The notes under the pieces are model-generated. The model was given only the letters and a program-made list of their open reading frames with translations. It did not search any database and had not been told where the DNA came from. Shown in pieces: positions 43,114-44,861 of a stretch of 44,861 bases of DNA. A program made the position numbers and the translations under genes. The DNA comes from Micropepsaceae bacterium (lineage in GTDB: Bacteria > Pseudomonadota > Alphaproteobacteria > Micropepsales > Micropepsaceae): NCBI GenBank assembly GCA_036264295.1, contig DATARE010000591.1, positions 1 through 44,861 on the forward strand, in the 5' to 3' direction. How positions within the stretch are numbered: position 1 is the stretch's first letter; every line of letters begins with the position of its first letter.

Positions 43114-44330
43114 TTCCGTTCCGCTCCCTGCCCCGCGGCCGGCTGCAATGTCGCGCCACGCCGAAGACGCTGATTGCGGCGGGCGGCATGAACATCCCTC
43201 GCGCCGTCCAACGCCCGGGCCAGCCGTGCCGCATTGGCCGAAAGGCTGTATTCGGTTTCGAAAATGACACGAGCGACCGCCGAATCTTGCGCAGCTTTCG
43301 CGGGATTGTCGAGCACGTCGTGAACCGCGGCGCGAAAGGCGCGCGCGGTGTCGGCAACATGAAACGTGCCGCCATGAACGATGCCTTCGCAGCCTTTTGA
43401 CGTGCTCACGACCGGCGTACGAGTCGCCATGGCCTCCACGCATTTGAGCCGGGTGCCACCGCCCTGCCAGAGCGGTACGATCGCACAGCGCGATCCCCCC
43501 ATCTCGCTCAACAAATCGTCACGCGCCCCCAACCCGGTAATTCCCGGCACGTCGGAAAATTCCGCAACCGCGCGATCCGACAATTTGCCCGCGACGCAGA
43601 GAGCCGTGCGCGCGTTCAGGCTTTCATCCCAGACATGGCGCACGAACCAGCGCAAGCCTTCGACATTCTGAAAATTTCCGAAGCTGCCGGTCATGATGAT
43701 GCGGTTTTCGCACGCCCTATCTCGATACACGTCCGGGATATCGACGAAATTCGGCACCATGTGCAAACGGCCAGCATCGAGGAATCGCGCATAGGCGCGG
43801 CGGTCTTCCTCCGAGACGCAGAGCACCGCATCGGCAGAACCGAAAAACAGCCTCTCATGCATCAATTCCAACCCGTGGCGCAGATGAATGGCAGCCCTGG
43901 CTGAGAGCGAGTCCTTCTTCACCTGGGCGGTGAGAGCCGATTCCAAATTGTGGGTACCCAAGATGATCGGAACATCCAGTTCTCGCAAGGCCGCGATCTG
44001 TGCACCCATAAAGCCGTAATCCAGCACGATGGCGCTGAACGGTTCGGCCCGATGCAATGCTTTCACCTGTTCGACGAATTTTCCATGCTTGCGAAAATAA
44101 ACGCTCGCAGATTGCCGCAGACGCGGCCACGCGAATGGGATGGGACGGAAGCGGACATCCTCGCGATTCTGCGCGGCCATATCCACATTTTCGTGATTTC
44201 CGACGATCGCTTCAATCTTAAAACCGAGCGCGCGAAAACCGGCGATCAGGTTCAAGGCGCGAATACGTTCCCCGGAATGCGGCGGAAACGGGCTGATATA
44301 GCTGGCATAAAGGATCGTTCCCGCGAACAC
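43110..44330 (-). CDS. Glycosyltransferase, GT-B fold, family 4
   Basis: 406 aa. N-terminus ILYASYISPFPPHSGERIRALNLI and a C-terminal nucleotide-sugar binding half (PLWQGGGTRLKCVEAMATRTPVVSTSKGCEGI). Confidence 0.8.
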   Translation of the reverse strand: MFAGTILYASYISPFPPHSGERIRALNLIAGFRALGFKIEAIVGNHENVDMAAQNREDVRFRPIPFAWPRLRQSASVYFRKHGKFVEQVKALHRAEPFSAIVLDYGFMGAQIAALRELDVPIILGTHNLESALTAQVKKDSLSARAAIHLRHGLELMHERLFFGSADAVLCVSEEDRRAYARFLDAGRLHMVPNFVDIPDVYRDRACENRIIMTGSFGNFQNVEGLRWFVRHVWDESLNARTALCVAGKLSDRAVAEFSDVPGITGLGARDDLLSEMGGSRCAIVPLWQGGGTRLKCVEAMATRTPVVSTSKGCEGIVHGGTFHVADTARAFRAAVHDVLDNPAKAAQDSAVARVIFETEYSLSANAARLARALDGARDVHAARRNQRLRRGATLQPAAGQGAERN

Positions 44331-44335
44331 GGGCG

Positions 44336-44830
44336 CTACGCCGCGGCCGCTTGGGCGCGCGCGGGCTTTTCATCTGGCGGATTCATGGTGCGTGAAACGA
44401 AGGGTAGCGCGATCAGCACCGCAAGCACGACCCCCGCCATGTTCGCCAGGACATCGGTCAGACTGCCATGTCGCCCAGGAATGAAATTTTGCGCCATTTC
44501 AAGCGCCGAGAGGAGCACCCCGAAACCCAGCGAGGCGCGGAGAAATGTTTCCATCAGGGGATGCGAGCTCCTCGACCGGCGAAACAGGACCGGTCCGAAC
44601 GCCATGGCAAAGCCAAGCGCCGCGGCAAAACACAGAGCCGGCTGATAGGAATCCGCCCCCACCTTGTCAGCACCGAACCAGGCACCCGGAACGAGAAATT
44701 GCACGATCAACAACATCAGGCCCAGACAGGCCCAGACGCGCGCCCAGTTTTTGGATAGCGGCCGTAACAGCCGCTTCAGCCATGACGCAAATTCCAAAAT
44801 CGGATTCAGCAGCGGAAACAGGCCGGCCAA
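44336..44830 (-). CDS. VanZ-like family membrane protein
   Basis: 164 aa with 4 TM. VanZ signature in ALEMAQNFIPGRHGSLTDVLANMAGVVLAVLI (E..Q.f.pgR..s..Dvl.N..G). Confidence 0.6.
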   Translation of the reverse strand: MAGLFPLLNPILEFASWLKRLLRPLSKNWARVWACLGLMLLIVQFLVPGAWFGADKVGADSYQPALCFAAALGFAMAFGPVLFRRSRSSHPLMETFLRASLGFGVLLSALEMAQNFIPGRHGSLTDVLANMAGVVLAVLIALPFVSRTMNPPDEKPARAQAAAA

Positions 44831-44861
44831 AATGCGGCGGGCGGGATCGGGTGAAAGCCCG

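Noticed and set aside
43114-43443. The 110-codon N-terminal extension of the prepilin-peptidase ORF.
   Set aside because: It is Arg-rich nonsense-like sequence (RRHRSWRHVSCCRHRARLSRRGSRRARQ...) that fully overlaps the 3' end of the GT4 gene. A TTG overlapping the GT4 stop gives a normal A24 peptidase N-terminus.
1-44861. Mobile genetic element, genomic island borders, CRISPR array, tRNA/rRNA genes, toxin-antitoxin or phage-defence genes.
   Set aside because: I recognised no integrase, transposase or recombinase motifs, no direct-repeat arrays, no tRNA-like structures and no nuclease/helicase/NTPase defence-type proteins. The sequence composition looks uniform apart from short promoter spacers.

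Overview
Visibly GC-rich, coding-dense proteobacterial chromosomal segment. I found no rRNA, tRNA, CRISPR, transposase or integrase genes. Left part (1-10.6 kb): an exopolysaccharide-type locus. It holds an edge-truncated EctB-like aminotransferase, a radical SAM enzyme, a GT4 glycosyltransferase, a secreted clan GH-A hydrolase, a HAF-repeat exoprotein, an ExoP/Wzc-type tyrosine autokinase co-polymerase, a Wzy_C/O-antigen-ligase-like membrane protein and a sulfotransferase. Centre (10.6-22.7 kb): one uninterrupted 12.1-kb gene for a ~4,000-aa filamentous-haemagglutinin-type TpsA exoprotein, whose stop codon overlaps the sulfotransferase start (ATGA). Right part (22.9-44.8 kb): a DING/PstS-family secreted phosphate-binding protein followed by a strong intrinsic terminator, then a divergently placed gspG. 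After that comes a 20-gene, all-minus-strand, largely translationally coupled array: VanZ-like, GT4, prepilin peptidase, small secreted protein, TpsB (ShlB/FhaC family), DUF2341-LamG-ExbB fusion, ExbD, TonB, secreted coiled-coil protein, parvulin PPIase, GspE-F-H-I-J-L-M-C(like)-D-K. The most interesting signal is this fusion of a T2SS, a two-partner secretion pair, a TonB/ExbBD energiser and a periplasmic PPIase next to a DING protein. From memory it mirrors the phosphate-starvation hxc / lapA-DING / pdtAB / exbB2D2 / ppiC region of Pseudomonas aeruginosa. Here it is welded into one operon-like unit and extended by a sulfotransferase and a Wzy_C protein coupled to the TpsA gene. All calls rest on reading motifs in the supplied translations and on my own translation of the left edge; no database search was run. 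Many start codons are provisional.
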